64,000 nt of DNA from Phoronis australis (lineage: Eukaryota; Animalia; Phoronida), in assembly GCA_002633005.1 (NCBI GenBank), contig NMRA01000457.1, positions 100,145 to 164,144 on the forward strand, written 5' to 3'. Positions within the stretch are counted from its first letter, which is position 1. Every line of letters starts with the position of its first letter. Positions 1 through 13,203 of this stretch are shown here, piece by piece. Both the position numbers and the translations under genes were made by a program. The notes under the pieces are model-generated. The model was not told the origin of the DNA and searched no databases. It saw only the letters and a program-made list of their open reading frames with translations.

Positions 1-273
1 CTCCATGTCCAGCATACTCACCAAGATTGGAGAGTATGCCAGAAGAATCTCAACAAAAACCCACCTGCTGTCGCAAGAAAAGCAAAGAACGGATCAGCTC
101 CTTTACCAGATGTTGCCAAAGTCTGTTGCAGAGGATTTGAAGACACACGGGAACGTCGCGGCTGAGTACTATAACGTATGCACCGTCTATTTCAGTGATA
201 TCGTAGGATTCACTTCGATTGTTTCCTCATTAGACCCCATGCAAGTTGTGGATATGCTGAATTCACTTTACAG
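1..273 (+). CDS. Guanylyl cyclase exon: signalling helix plus start of catalytic domain (truncated by window start)
   Basis: Translation ...EKQRTDQLLYQMLPKSVAEDLK...CTVYFSDIVGFTSIVSSLDPMQVVDMLNSLY is the class III cyclase motif. Donor AG|GTATGT at 273/274, phase 2. The remaining ORF to 331 is intron read-through. Confidence 0.93.
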
Positions 274-1292
274 GTATGTTTTAAGAATTTTTTTGTTCCT
301 ATTACCAACCGTACATGAGACGTTGATATAGAAGTTAGTCATATGTGGGTGTTTTGTGTGTTACACGTATTTTCAAGTACGGTATAATCCACGAATTGAA
401 TGATGTGTACATGTACAATGAGTATTTTTAAGAATGCATGCTTCGTCTTTAAGGAAAATTATTTGTACGAGCCTCCCCGAGTCAGCATTATTTAAAAAAA
501 TTCTTTTGATATCCGCTTTTGCGAATCACACCCCTTCAGATTCCTTTTACTTCAAATGGACAAACCGTTATTTTATGCACGTGTATTAAACTTGGTAAAT
601 TTGCTTTTCAAGCAATTGCACTTTTTTACTAAATATGAAATTATGTCAGTAGTGACTGTGATTGAAAGCTCAACCTACGCGGACTTCTAACTTATTCTCC
701 TTATTTATGGAAGTTTAGGAGTCGAAAGAGAAGAAAATGTCGTTTCTTATACTAAAAGTAATTAATAAACAAAAAGTGACCTTCCCGACTCATTAAATGG
801 TTGATTTTTAGGTCAATTTTGGAAACAAAATAATTGTAATTTGAAAAGTATTTTAAATCGGATTAGTATTGAAGGTTTACAGTAAAGGGAGCAGCTATAC
901 AATAATCTAAGGTGGAAGAGGGTGCGTAGAGGTCAAAATTTGTCAAAGCCGATAATTTGCCCTTTGAAATATTCAAATACAAAGATGGTGTTAAGATAGT
1001 GATCCAATTATTTCAAAATAATGTTTTCACAGATGTGTGAGTCAAAGCATTTGAGGAGTACCAGTTAACCGAGGTATAAGTCTGTTGTCACATGTTAATC
1101 ATATCTACATGTATATTGAAGAAGAAAATGGTTGCCAAAAAAATTGGGCAATTACACCACCCTGAAGGCCGAAGGCACACAAGGGCGATAGTACACCCCC
1201 ATAAAAAGTTACTCATCTCACAATAAAATCGAATGAAACATGCATGTAAACACAATACCATGATTCTGGAGACAATTTAGTAAACAATGTAA

Positions 1293-1482
1293 ACTTATAC
1301 CACAATATCAGCCTCGAATGGCCAATACAACCATTTAGTTATTAAACGACGTTAGATAACATTTTGGCGAGAGACCGAGGCCTGCTTTGAAACCGGATCG
1401 CAAGAGTTTCGGGTCGTCGACTTTAGCACTGCACCACTCAGCGGCTCAGCACGCGCAATAATCTCATGTTCAACAAACCCCC
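1293..1482 (-). repeat. tRNA-like-head repeat, homologous to 50790-51030
   Basis: Colinear similarity (cttataccaca...atggccaataca...gcaagag...gcaccactcagc). The minus strand has A-box-like TGGTGCAGTG and a degenerate B box. Confidence 0.65.
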
Positions 1483-4400
1483 TTGCACTCGCTGGTTCCC
1501 TGCGTGCCACTAGGTGGTCAGTTAGGTATTGCATGTAGGCCAAGTGAATGTGGTTTGTTTGCATGTGTGAACATGCTGAGAATGAAAAAGGCCACTTGCT
1601 GGTCTGTAGCTGCACTCTTCTTCAAGATGGTGCCCCCGCCCCCCTGTTGCAATTGTGCATTGCTGTGTAGCAACAGAGAAATTGACCGCGATTTCAGGTA
1701 GCCCTCAAACAGCCAAATTTGCAAAAAAATAGTTGATTGACCGTACTTTTGGACCACAATTTTGGAATTGGTAGGCAATTTGCTTTCGGAATGTAATGTT
1801 GGCTTTAGTCGAGCATCGGCAGGGAAGTGGTGGTTTTGGGGTGAAAAGTGCCGATTTTGCATTTTTTGCCCTTATTTTTCTTAGTCTAGCTTGGATTTCA
1901 CTGGGAGTGAAAGGGTAAAAATACAAGAGAGAATAAAGCTTCTGTGCTCATCAGTGTGGGTCTTGTGACGTGAAATGACCCAAAACTTTTCTTTATTTGC
2001 ATGCAGTTTTTGACAGAGTGAAGAAAGGGTGAAGAGTCCAGAGACGTGTGTTCTGATAGGCAAACCACTGTGAGAACTGTTCTGTGCCTCCTAACCACTG
2101 CGCCGAATGGCACGATGGCGGAGTGACCTCCCCTATTGTACTACAATCCTTGATTAGAGCGCGTTTTGCTTTAAAATCTATTAATAAAAACCGGAGGAAT
2201 CAACCGTAAAATCTCTATACAACATAGATCAACATGCACATGCTTCTTAATTGGACATACATGAATTGCCTTTTATGATTTGGGGATGTTACCAGTAGTG
2301 TGATTTACATGTAATTAGAATTAGCGACGTGAGTAAAATTGAACCGCAATTACACCAACTGCTTGCCATCAGAAAAAGGCGTAAAACAAGGGAAGTTCCT
2401 TCTCCTACGCGTTTATCTTTATTAATAACGATCTAATAATTGAAATAAAAAGTAGCAACATGGGTTTGTGGGTTGGAGATTTTGATTTCTCATCCTTGCG
2501 TACTGTACCCATTAATTACACACGCCAGAAACGGATTGTTTGCTTATGAAGGAATAGTTCACGAAAGAATGTTACTCTGCCGTCAAGTTACACAGCAAAC
2601 GCATAGCTATTTTAAACATCTACAAGCACCCCGCAAATCCAGACAGACACATGCAATTTTATGGTTTATGAGTGTCGTTCTTAAACCGAATAAAGATAAT
2701 AAAGATGTTATTCCTACCGGCGATCTCGACCTGTTTAAATTAACTACAACCAAAAATTTCAATATTTCTTTAACGTGATTTCTAGCATTAAACTTCAAGG
2801 CAAAATCGCGTATATCATGACTTTCGATGGCATGCGAGTAGCTTTTTTTTTGGGGGGGGGGGACGGNCTATAGCTTCCACTGATTTCAGTGCTGTGCCCA
2901 TCATGGTATCACAAAACGTTCATGATCTACAGGTAAGACCAACATATCTCGTAAAGGCATATTTTTAATCTAGCCTACGTTTATTTTAGTAAATGCCAAT
3001 GATTATTACAAACCACAAATCCCAAATAGAATCGAAACATACGAATAAGGCGTTTTTGGCAGAAGTTAAACACATGAATCTCAATTATATCTTTAGTCAA
3101 ATTGAACGATCAGAATCATCATTGGTTTGCACCCAAAACATTTTCTTACAAAAGCACAAGGTTCAACAAGCAGAAAGTTAACTAAAAAATACAGAAGCTG
3201 CAAAAAACATAACTTTCATCCACAACTCACCGCCTACTCGACGAACGAATGAGGGACCTACGTGTAAATGTACATGTAAGTACCTGAAGTAAAACGTATT
3301 TATTCTAACAGCAAAGAAAATTTATTTTCATAACAATCTCAACAAAAAGTCTCGACCTTTATTTCAAGTCGTACTAAAAATTGGAAAATGTCAGAAAATT
3401 TCTATTTTCCACGGTCCAACTACAGAAGTTGCTTGTAGGGTGCGCTGTGCCATCAGACTAGCGCCCGGAATCTAACCTTTTAACTCGAAATCTAACACGT
3501 GGCTGTCACTAATTAACGATGCTCCGTCATTTGAATGGCTAAACTAATTTATGTGGTTTTTTAGCACTGCTCAGTGGATATTTTATAGGGGATTATGCGT
3601 TGCTTGACCAGTAGTGACGTATGAAACCTTCATTTTCTTGCCTTTGCGCAGGTTTTCAACAAAGTCATGATACCTGTATGAAAACCTCTTTCAAACACAA
3701 CTCTGTGTTACGGTTTTACGTGGGTATATTCTAGAGATCTACAATAGATCTATTCACTATGCTGTTTAACTGTCAACTGAAAACGTGTTTGTCAGAACTA
3801 GAAATCATATGCTCATGAGTCATAATCAGATTTCACAGAATTGTTTTGCACATCTTACGCAATCTATGATTCTAGCTACTAGTGCCATGTAAGGTTATGT
3901 TTTGGACTCTGCAAGTTTAATGAAAACCACGAACATAACAATACCTTAGCCGAAACTGATGTGTGCTGGTTAGGGCTCGACTGCTAGATCCATCTTTTGT
4001 GTTCGTCTTGGTTTGATTTTCATTCTTGAAAACCTGAGCAACTAAAAAGTACCACACTGCCGACTCGATGTCAAAAACGCACACTAGAGCCAAGTATGAT
4101 TTTTACTTTTCCCTATGGGAGCGTTCACACATTACGTCATCCGACATTAGTCATTTTACCCACCTCTTCCTCCCTCTGTCATCACCCGTTATCGTGATAA
4201 ACCCCACCCCCGTTCAGCCTCAAATTACGTCATCACAGTCCACCCCCCGTTCTTTGAAGAACCGACCTTCATTATCTTTCTCATAACAAACTAACGTCAA
4301 TTACAAGCTAAAGTTGCATTTGCCGCTGTATTATTCAGCAATAGAATAAATTTCTGCAGAAACTATGATAAGTGATTCGTGGACCTTTGTTAAAGTAACG

Positions 4401-5092
4401 ATGGCTTTTCCTCCTGCGACTGATGATATGTCAGGTGCGCTACACAAAAATAATTTATCTGAACTCTGGAAATGTGTTTAAAATGTTTTGGCGCAACAAT
4501 GGGCGATGAACTCGAACATGACGAATATTATTGGACCACGGAAAGCAAATTTCAACAATGCTGACGACTTTACGTTGAAATTATTCATTGTCGTTGATTG
4601 TGATATGCAATTGTACACAAATTATTTATTGTACGTTTTACGTGAAATAATGAAAACATGTATTTTACTTACCTTCAGTTTACCTACGTGAGAGGAGTGG
4701 GTATAGGGTGGGTTATCTACGTTAGAGGAGTAGGTATAAGGTGGGGAAATGTTTTAATAAGGGCGGCCTGTTTATATCAAGTTACAACAGTATGGACTTC
4801 TGTTACTCTGTGGCCAGCCTTCACTGAATCACTAATTAGGAAAGCGAATCTTTAGGTGAGACTGAAACTCGCGAATCCAGTTCACCAGCCAAACATGTAC
4901 ATGTAACTGTCGCATCTAGCGTTGAGGCAGGAGATACATGTACTCTTGAGCTCTGGTCGTGCCATGATAGTCTGACTCAGGTTTTATTTTTGCTTGACGT
5001 TAATAACTCGAGTCCTTTCTTGAGTGTTATGATAACCTCGAGCATAGCAACAACCGACGTGGCTTGTGATGTCATCGTTTTCCTTTTTGCAG

Positions 5093-5187
5093 TCTGTTTG
5101 ACCAAACTATTGACCTGTATGACGTTTATAAAGTGGAAACCATCGGTGACGCCTACATGGTGGTGTCTGGACTTCCCACTCGTAACG
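5093..5187 (+). CDS. Guanylyl cyclase exon ([31 protein letters not shown])
   Basis: Acceptor tcctttttgcAG at 5091-5092 and donor G|GTAACA. Phase matches the previous exon. Contains KVETIGD with the GTP-specifying Glu. Confidence 0.93.
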
Positions 5188-5521
5188 GTAACATCTTCAT
5201 CGTTTACAAATTTGTGTTCAAGCTTAGCTGCGTCTGCATGTACTGTGATAGTCGACAATTCTAAGTTTCGACGCTTCCATTTCGTTATTTCTAGAAACTG
5301 TTTCTCAAGATAGCACACGACTGTAATTTGTGAGGTAGAAACCACATAACTTAGCAATCCGGTTACGCGGGGCTTTAGAATTACTATCTTTGTTATACTG
5401 GGACTTTTGAGGGCAGTCAAAAATCAATTCAGGAAGTTTTATTTGAGTTAGCGTGATTTTTTTCTGACATAATCATCTGCTTAAAGGCCATTACCCTTTC
5501 GCTTTACGCAATTATTACAAC

Positions 5522-5609
5522 TTATTTATTTATTTATTATTTATTTATGAGGTAATATTTACAATGAGGGTAACCCCATCAGTTCACAATGCTTTCCATG
5601 GGGGCCCTC
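5522..5609 (-). repeat. Probable 3' end of a CR1/L2-type LINE or a dependent SINE
   Basis: Hairpin gaggg..ccccat/atggggg.ccctc followed on the minus strand by a (TAAA)n tail. Confidence 0.5.
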
Positions 5610-6447
5610 AATGACGACACGAATATCAATGGCTGTTTAAAGCACAATATGTAACACTTACTTTAAGATGTTTGAAAATTTCCATTTCAATATGAGTAAC
5701 CCGCACCCGTTCTACAAAGATACCTACGGTAATGGTTGGGCATAACGTGAGTGAAACAACTTGGTGTTTATGTTATTGGAGAAGAACATCGTTTTCAATT
5801 GTCTGTTGATGTGTAAAAATGATAGTTACATGAACATTACATGCGGTTTCGCAATACTGGACTTAGATATGCGTATACAACATCTCATTCGTTGAATGAA
5901 GTTTAAAAATGCTATGTCTCATTAAAACCGTGAGTGTTGAAATTTGAATCAAGCGCCACCTAGTCAGTTGCTGGAGAACTGCGTGTACAAGTATAACCAG
6001 GAAAAGAAACAATTTATAAATAAACTGTGGTTTTAAAGAAAACGCTACAACCGATACACTTGAAAACAAGTGTTAACATATAAAAAACTAATTACTCCAA
6101 ACAGTACGCAATTGTTGTTTGATCGTGAAATAAACAAATAATAAAAATTGTGTCTTGTTTCATAAAGTAACGATGAAATATTACCAAACTCGTTTACATA
6201 AAAATTGTCTCGCAAAAGGAGACTTTCGCGAGATTGTAATGGTAACTGGTTCTCGGATGGTTTCCGGCACACTGAAAGACCTGGGGTTGTTTGTAAACTA
6301 GTACTTCATTTGCATATTCATAATTTAATGAGACATAGCAAGGTACTGTCCAGTATGAGAATGTTGTAAGTTCTCGGCCACAAAGTTTCGATGGTAATTC
6401 TAAAGGCTAAAACTCGTAAACATGTTGATTAGCTCACGTAGTGTCCT

Positions 6448-7078
6448 TCACATGTTGTCAAGTGTGGCAGGGGGCTTTACAGTTCGTCCCGGTCTGGTGT
6501 GATTGAGACCATCGTCTGTGGTGGTTGACGTTCCCTCCGGCACATCCAGTCGTATGGCTGTTCCAGGCATATCCAGTTGTATGACTTCTTCTGCAGATGG
6601 GGTGTAGTCATCGGGAGACCTTGGCTTTTCTGTCGCAGAACGAATGTGTCGACGGTTTCGCCGCACTTCAACACCAATAGATTTGCGAACAATGTACGAG
6701 CGAGGTGCTTGTTCACACTTCTTTACAACTAAAGCAGGTTCTCATTTCTTAGAGATAGGGCTTTGTACTCTGACGTGTTGGTTGGCAATATATTCTGTGA
6801 GTGGTCTTGCATGCTGGCTGTAATATTCATCTTCGTTTGTGAACTTTGCAGGACATTGCAGCGCCTTTTCTTTGTTGTTGGTGACAGGTAGATTTGAAAG
6901 AACCGTCCCGTTAAGCATCTATTGGGTTGGAGAAGGTAAACCAGGCTCAATGGGCGTAGTGCGCAGACACAGTGGACCATCTCCGGATTCTAACGATTTT
7001 TGGAAACCTCTCTTCACTGCACCGACGAATATCTTTCCGAGTGTCCATTCCATTAGCTTCAAGATAGTAGGGGCTGCT
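6448..7078 (-). mobile_element. Ty3/Gypsy LTR retrotransposon integrase C-terminal fragment (degenerate)
   Basis: Minus-strand pieces SSPYYLEANG, LRTTPIEPGLPSP, RRNRRHIR and TRPGRTVKPP match the end of Gypsy integrase. Stops and frameshifts are present. Confidence 0.8.
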
Positions 7079-10000
7079 AGTCATGTGTTTGAAATCTTCA
7101 AAATTTTTGAAATCTTAGTGATATTGATTAATGTGGAATCACCAGGTTTTTTGGGTACCTAAGCCATGCAAATTTGGAGGGTTTTGTGGTCTCAATGAAC
7201 ATTTAACCAGTCTTACGCGCTCCCTTTCAGCTCAATACAATTTTAAACAAAAGCATCATCCACCCCATCCGTCTTCTAGATCCCCACCACTATGGTCCAA
7301 CGCTTACAAGGCGGGGCCCCTGTGGCAGTGAGACTGGACCATGTGCGAGAACTACACTATGTGTTGACCACAGGCGCTCGAATTTACAGATGACTCATAA
7401 CCATATATAAGAAACATAAAGGTTGGACACTAAAACTTTGCCGAGCCGAGGCTTCCAACATCAACTGACCCAAATCTAACTACAATCTCCTCGCATGACT
7501 CTCAGCCTGGTATTGCGTAAACCTCCAAAGCCTTGATTTTCCTTGTTCCCATTAAATTGTAATTGTGAGTGGTGAATTGGCGACGGAATTTTCAAAACAA
7601 ACTCAAAACTCTGATTTCAAGGACCTTAAACAGGTAACACGGAGGATTCCAGTTATGCTTTAACTTGTACGCATGCCGAAGATAAAATTTTCAGTTTGAG
7701 TAAGCAACCCCTATTTCAAAGTCAATGACTGGGGTTACTAAAAATAACTTTCGACTACTGTGTAATTTGTTTCTTCTTTTAGCGCATTTTATCACTTAAC
7801 CTAGACTTTAATTGCAAGAACAAGCGTATCTTGTGTTTGATCTTGACATTATGTGCTACTCTTTGTTGAAGCAAAACGAAGACTAACTTTTTTGGCGGAG
7901 ATTTCCGATGTTTGACCGCACGTTCAGTGGCGGTAAATATCGGCATCTGCCGGATTTCGCAGTAGGCCAGCGTTAAAAGCCAGCAACTCGTTGCTCTTAT
8001 AAACAACGTTGTTTTGCACAATCGGAGTTTAAATACATTCAAACTGATACTAAATTATGTGGAGGGCACTCAAATAACATTCGTGGGGGCGCGAAAACAA
8101 AGCTCCGGAATTGCTTCGTGAGCGTCCGCCAACAACCCTGAATGTCGTCTGTCATGAACGTCTTACGTCACAAAATAAGGTCCTTTTTTGACATTTTTTA
8201 TCGTCAAATCACCACTCGAATGCAATGTGAATTGATCAAATGAAAGAAGGTATTCAAGGATTTGTTTGGTGCTGATTTCGTGGAGCTCTACGCACATTTG
8301 AGTAGAAAATTCTGAGCAAGCCGATTTTTAGTGTCCAAACTTTATGTTTTCTTACTCTTAGTAGTGAGTGACGTCAGTGATGATCGAGGAGCTGATAAAC
8401 TCAAGCGCCTGTTGTGTTGACCTGCAGTATTGTGCGGAACGCTGCTTCCCAATTCCTTCACCATATTTAAAGTGATTTCGAAAAAAACTGGGATATGAAA
8501 TAAATAGATGAAAACCATTGTCATTAATCCGTACACGTATGAAGCACGTGAAGTGCAAATTACGAATTCAAAAACTTCTGGATGCGTACTGTTATATGCG
8601 CATCTAGTAGGATTTGGGAAGGCTTCCTGTATTCAACAAAATTAACGAAACATGAAAAGCATTGTTAAACCGTATTTTTGCTATAATAGCACATTAACTA
8701 TGGCAAAAGGACGCAAGCTATGAGAACACTGTACGACTAGGGTCACGTAATATTTCTCCCAGACCCGTGTGCCATCCCTGACCACATAAAACGGCAATTC
8801 AAATTTTCCATATGTGGCTTTTCGAAGTGATTTTTCGAAACGATAAATTTTGTTTAACAAGGATACCTGTGGACCACCACATTCGCTTCACTAACGGCAT
8901 CACTTACGCCCCGGCAATCATATTATGTCAGAGCACCACAGTTTCCACCTCCACCCTCCACCATCACCACCGCTCCTCACTATCGCAGTAGGTCGGGCAT
9001 AGCAGACGACACAAAATAAGTGATGCATTGATGTTACGTGAGGAAGCTCGATATTTAATTAGCGTTCCTGAGAGCGGTTTGACTGTTGATTGGCGAAATA
9101 CAATTGAAGAAGCGCGCTTAGTGAAAAGGCTTTAATTGAATTGAAAACTGATGACATTAAATTATCTTCACGTGATTGAATCTGATAGATGCATAAGCAA
9201 TATTGACCTTCATTCCCATTAAAATCTGGCTATAACGCTGTAGACTGGTGTTGATCCATACCATTTTAATACCTCAGTTTATGTTCTCACGCAATACTTT
9301 AAAGCATCCCTATAATGGATTTTTGCAATTTCTGAGGTTATAGACCGTGTATACTATTTCGTAATACAAAATTTATTAAACAAGCAATTGTTTTGGGGAA
9401 TGATTGAGGAATTATGAATTTTAAGAAAAATAAATGTTTTTTTGATTTCTCGCCTCGTGATGTCTTCAGTGAAAGATGTTTATCACTTAACGGCATACAT
9501 GCAATGACGGATAGTAGTAATTTTGTAAGTTACGCCAAAAGAGATTGGCGAGTCTTATGAAGACAGGTATGAAGATGGGAGTGAAGTTGACATTCAGACC
9601 GTAAGTGAAACTGGTAATGACCTCGCCATATCGGCAGACTTCGCGTGTTAGAGGCCATACTAACTCGACCCTCCCGCAACGGCGTCTTCGGCGAGTAAAG
9701 CCAAGCCGGAGCCTTCTCAGTCTGCGGAAAGTCCTGATTTCACAGTAGTAATTAAAGCCTTTGATTGACCACGGTTTAACTTTCTAACCACTATAATCGA
9801 AATTTTTACCCTATTAGTTAAAGCCCAGTCGCGAAAAGCGGACACTGATATCATTTCTTCGAATGCCCAGTGCGTTTGTCAGGAACAACCGTATCTAATT
9901 AAAGTGATGCTAACTGAATGTTTTTTCTTGTAAGTGATACCCGTTTCTGTCTTGTCTCCTGCAATACTATAAAACCATTGTACCGTTCTGATTCGTCGAT

Positions 10001-10932
10001 TTATTCGGTCCAATGTCCGACTCCAGCCTCTTTGCCGGCTGCGTTCGTGACCTCAATCTACATGTGTTTGCGTGGCGTCTACATCCCATTTTCTACTATT
10101 GGGCATTGGCGTATATGCGGATAGCATGTATTCCTACAAAATCTTGAAGAAAATAAAAACTAATGGAAACTTACCGCAATCACATTCATTATCTCAGTCA
10201 CAATTTGATGCTGAGGTTCATGCTCCATATGTTCTTAGCGATGGTACAACACAATACGCCTTTTCTCCATCAAATGCACTTACAGGTTGCAGAAACCTTC
10301 ATCAAATATCAGTTTAGTTTCTGCGACATATCCAGAAAGAAATCTTCAAATGGAATCCACTGTGTAATGCATACCCGTGTCTGACGCACGAACCTGCGCC
10401 ATTTCTGTGTGATCTTTTGGAAACGCAGAAACTTGAAATATTGTATGTCCAGTTGCTGNTTGTGACAGATGGGTCATTACATCCGTGTAGCGTAACGTGG
10501 GACTTTGGGCTCTAGCGGTTTAAATGAGTACAGCGTTCGATCCATGTTTAGTTGTTAGTTCAATGTGCCCTGTACGTACATGTAAGCAATGACTCGGCGT
10601 ACGCCCGCAGCACTGCTGACGTAATGGGCTGTGGGTTCATGAATAAAAAAATGTCGGTATTGTGAACAGACTACGCGATCCATTTCGTTGTGAATATCAC
10701 ATGCTCTAACTTTTGCTTCATAGAGAATTACTACTACCAAACGAAAAATGTTGACAAGCGTAAATATAGACAGAAAGGCATTCCTTCAGTTTTTGTCCTT
10801 CCGCTCCCTGTCTGTACTTTACGGGATTGCTCAATTGTCCAGTAAGGTCTCAAAGTAAATCAAAGCATTGTTGCAAGCTAACTTGACGTTAGTACACCAT
10901 TTAGCAGGCCTACATGTGTACAAAACCAATAA

Positions 10933-11067
<135 letters not shown>

Positions 11068-11453
11068 TAGACATAGGAATTCGGAACCATATGGCGATTT
11101 TTACTAAAGTTCCAGTTATAGCTGTGCTATTTCAGTACATTTACTACGTAAGCAGTATGAGACTAATATCCAGACCCGCACGCAAAGTAATTTAATTATT
11201 AATCCCCTAAATTGGTCGGTCGAATGCGCTGTCAATGACTGTGAGCCCTGCCAGTGCGACGTCTTGGTGATTTTCTATTTCAGCAATAGAACATTTATGC
11301 CCATTGTAGAACACTTCGCGTGTTTTATTTTGCATATGAAGGATCACCTTCAGCAAAAACTGCGATATCCAAGACACAACATAGTTCGTACGGGGCATTC
11401 TATTTCGTAATTCACGATATGAAATATTTCAATTATTTTGAAAATGAACGGCC

Positions 11454-11809
11454 ATTGGTCCAAGTTTACATAATACAACACATTTCAGGGGCGGATAAAG
11501 GATATTTTAGTTAGGGGGGATCAGTCCAAGTTTACATAATACAACACATTTCAGGGGCGGATAAAGGATATTTTAGTTAGGGGGATTGATCCAAATTAAC
11601 ATAATACATCACATTTCAGGGGCGGATAAAGGATATTTTAGTTAGGGGGGATTGGTCCAAGTTAACATGATACAACACATTTCAGAGGCGGATAAAGGAT
11701 GAGGGGGGATCGGTCCAAGTTTACAAAAAACACCACATTTCAGAGGCGGACAAAGGATATTTTAGTTGGGGCGGGGCATCGGTCCAAGTTTACATAATAC
11801 AACACATTT
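11454..11809. repeat. Minisatellite, about 65-bp unit, about 5.4 copies
   Basis: Unit ggtccaagtttacataatacaacacatttcaggggcggataaaggatattttagttaggggggat starts at about 11457, 11523, 11588, 11654, 11712 and 11781. Confidence 0.95.
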
Positions 11810-11869
11810 TATTCATTGTCAATGATGCACATCGGTCATTTTTCCGTAGCAAAATCCTTTTAATGGAGA

Positions 11870-12430
11870 ACCACACCAAAAACAACGTCTTTTCTATCGA
11901 TTTAGATCAATAGATCCACTCGATAACACCAAGATCAGTTCTTTTACCCGACTCCAGTCTGCAGACGGAGGTGCTGAAATTAACCAATGACGTCGTAGGT
12001 TCTAACACAGTCTGTTCAGCAATTCACAACACGCATACTGGTGTCAGCTTATAGCTTGACTTCATCGCTTTACAGCAGTAAATCATCGAAATTCGATGCA
12101 GAACCCTGACAAATACAATAAGTTTTTTAACAAACGAGTTGTTTTATTCCTGTGTTACGGATTTGTAGGAAATTTTAACGAACCGTAGCCTACAAAGTTT
12201 GGTAGACCAACTTACCGAAGTCGGTTGCGGTAATTAAGTGTGGATCCGTTCGATGATAAATTAGAATCATTCTCCCGTAAAATACAGACAAGAGGGCATA
12301 GCTGTGCGTTGTGATTTTAGACTTGCGAATTTTTCAGTTCTTACGATACAAAGCACTCGGTATAACCCAGTGACTCGGAACCTGATCGCGGACTGGACTC
12401 GAGACAACACGAACATAAACCAGCTGAGTT
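11870..12430 (+). repeat. Interspersed repeat family B, copy 1 (inverted copy at 28250-28800)
   Basis: About 550 bp of colinear reverse-complement similarity, e.g. gcagacggaggtgctgaaattaac and ccgtagcctaca. Confidence 0.8.
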
Positions 12431-13203
12431 AGTCGGCTGCCATGTACTTCAGTTATGTATAAATATTGGTTAGGATGAGAATAATTCATTTTGAAACAGA
12501 ACAATGCTGGTCACAGACACGTAGATATGTCACGGCCTCATACTTGATATTAACGTCGTACTTTTCTTTCTTACTACCGCGAGCCACTTCCGAAGCATTT
12601 CGGGTTCTCGAGGAAATCGAAAAAACGGTATACCGGCTTACCTCGCACATTCACGGTTCACAAAATCGGGAACAATACGCCACACCATATCGGAACACAC
12701 TCAGCTCTAGAACCACTGACGTCTCTGCGACACCTCTCGGCGAGGAGAGATCGACCGGACACGAGGTGATGTGGAGAAAATGTACCATCAACACGGTAAA
12801 AAACGAAATAAAACTTGTGGCATTCTCTTATTAGGCAAATTTGACTAGTTTTGCAAGTCTGAATTACTGCTAGTAGGCAGAAGTTCAAATTGATTTAGTT
12901 CAACCCTATTTCATTCGGGTGCAAAATGCTTAGTCTAAGGGAAGAGTAGAAAGGACGGGTACCAATAACATGGTATTTGAGACATCTTTGGTCAATGTAA
13001 AAAAGATATAATTGTTGACAACTGGTTGCATTTACCTAGACTAGTTACCAGGATGGTGTTTTTTCTGTCTCTTTTTTAGTCAATATTATAGGTACGGTAC
13101 AGATCACACAATTACACAATACAATAACTTTTTGTTTAGTCAAGGATCATTTAAGGTCATCCTACAGTGCTATGTACAAAGCTAATTTAACATTAAAAAA
13201 TAA

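Noticed and set aside
4977-5420. 147-aa minus-strand ORF
   Set aside because: Antisense shadow of the cyclase exon.
11454-11809. CRISPR-like regular repeat
   Set aside because: Units are contiguous with no unique spacers, there are no cas genes, and the context is a eukaryotic intron.
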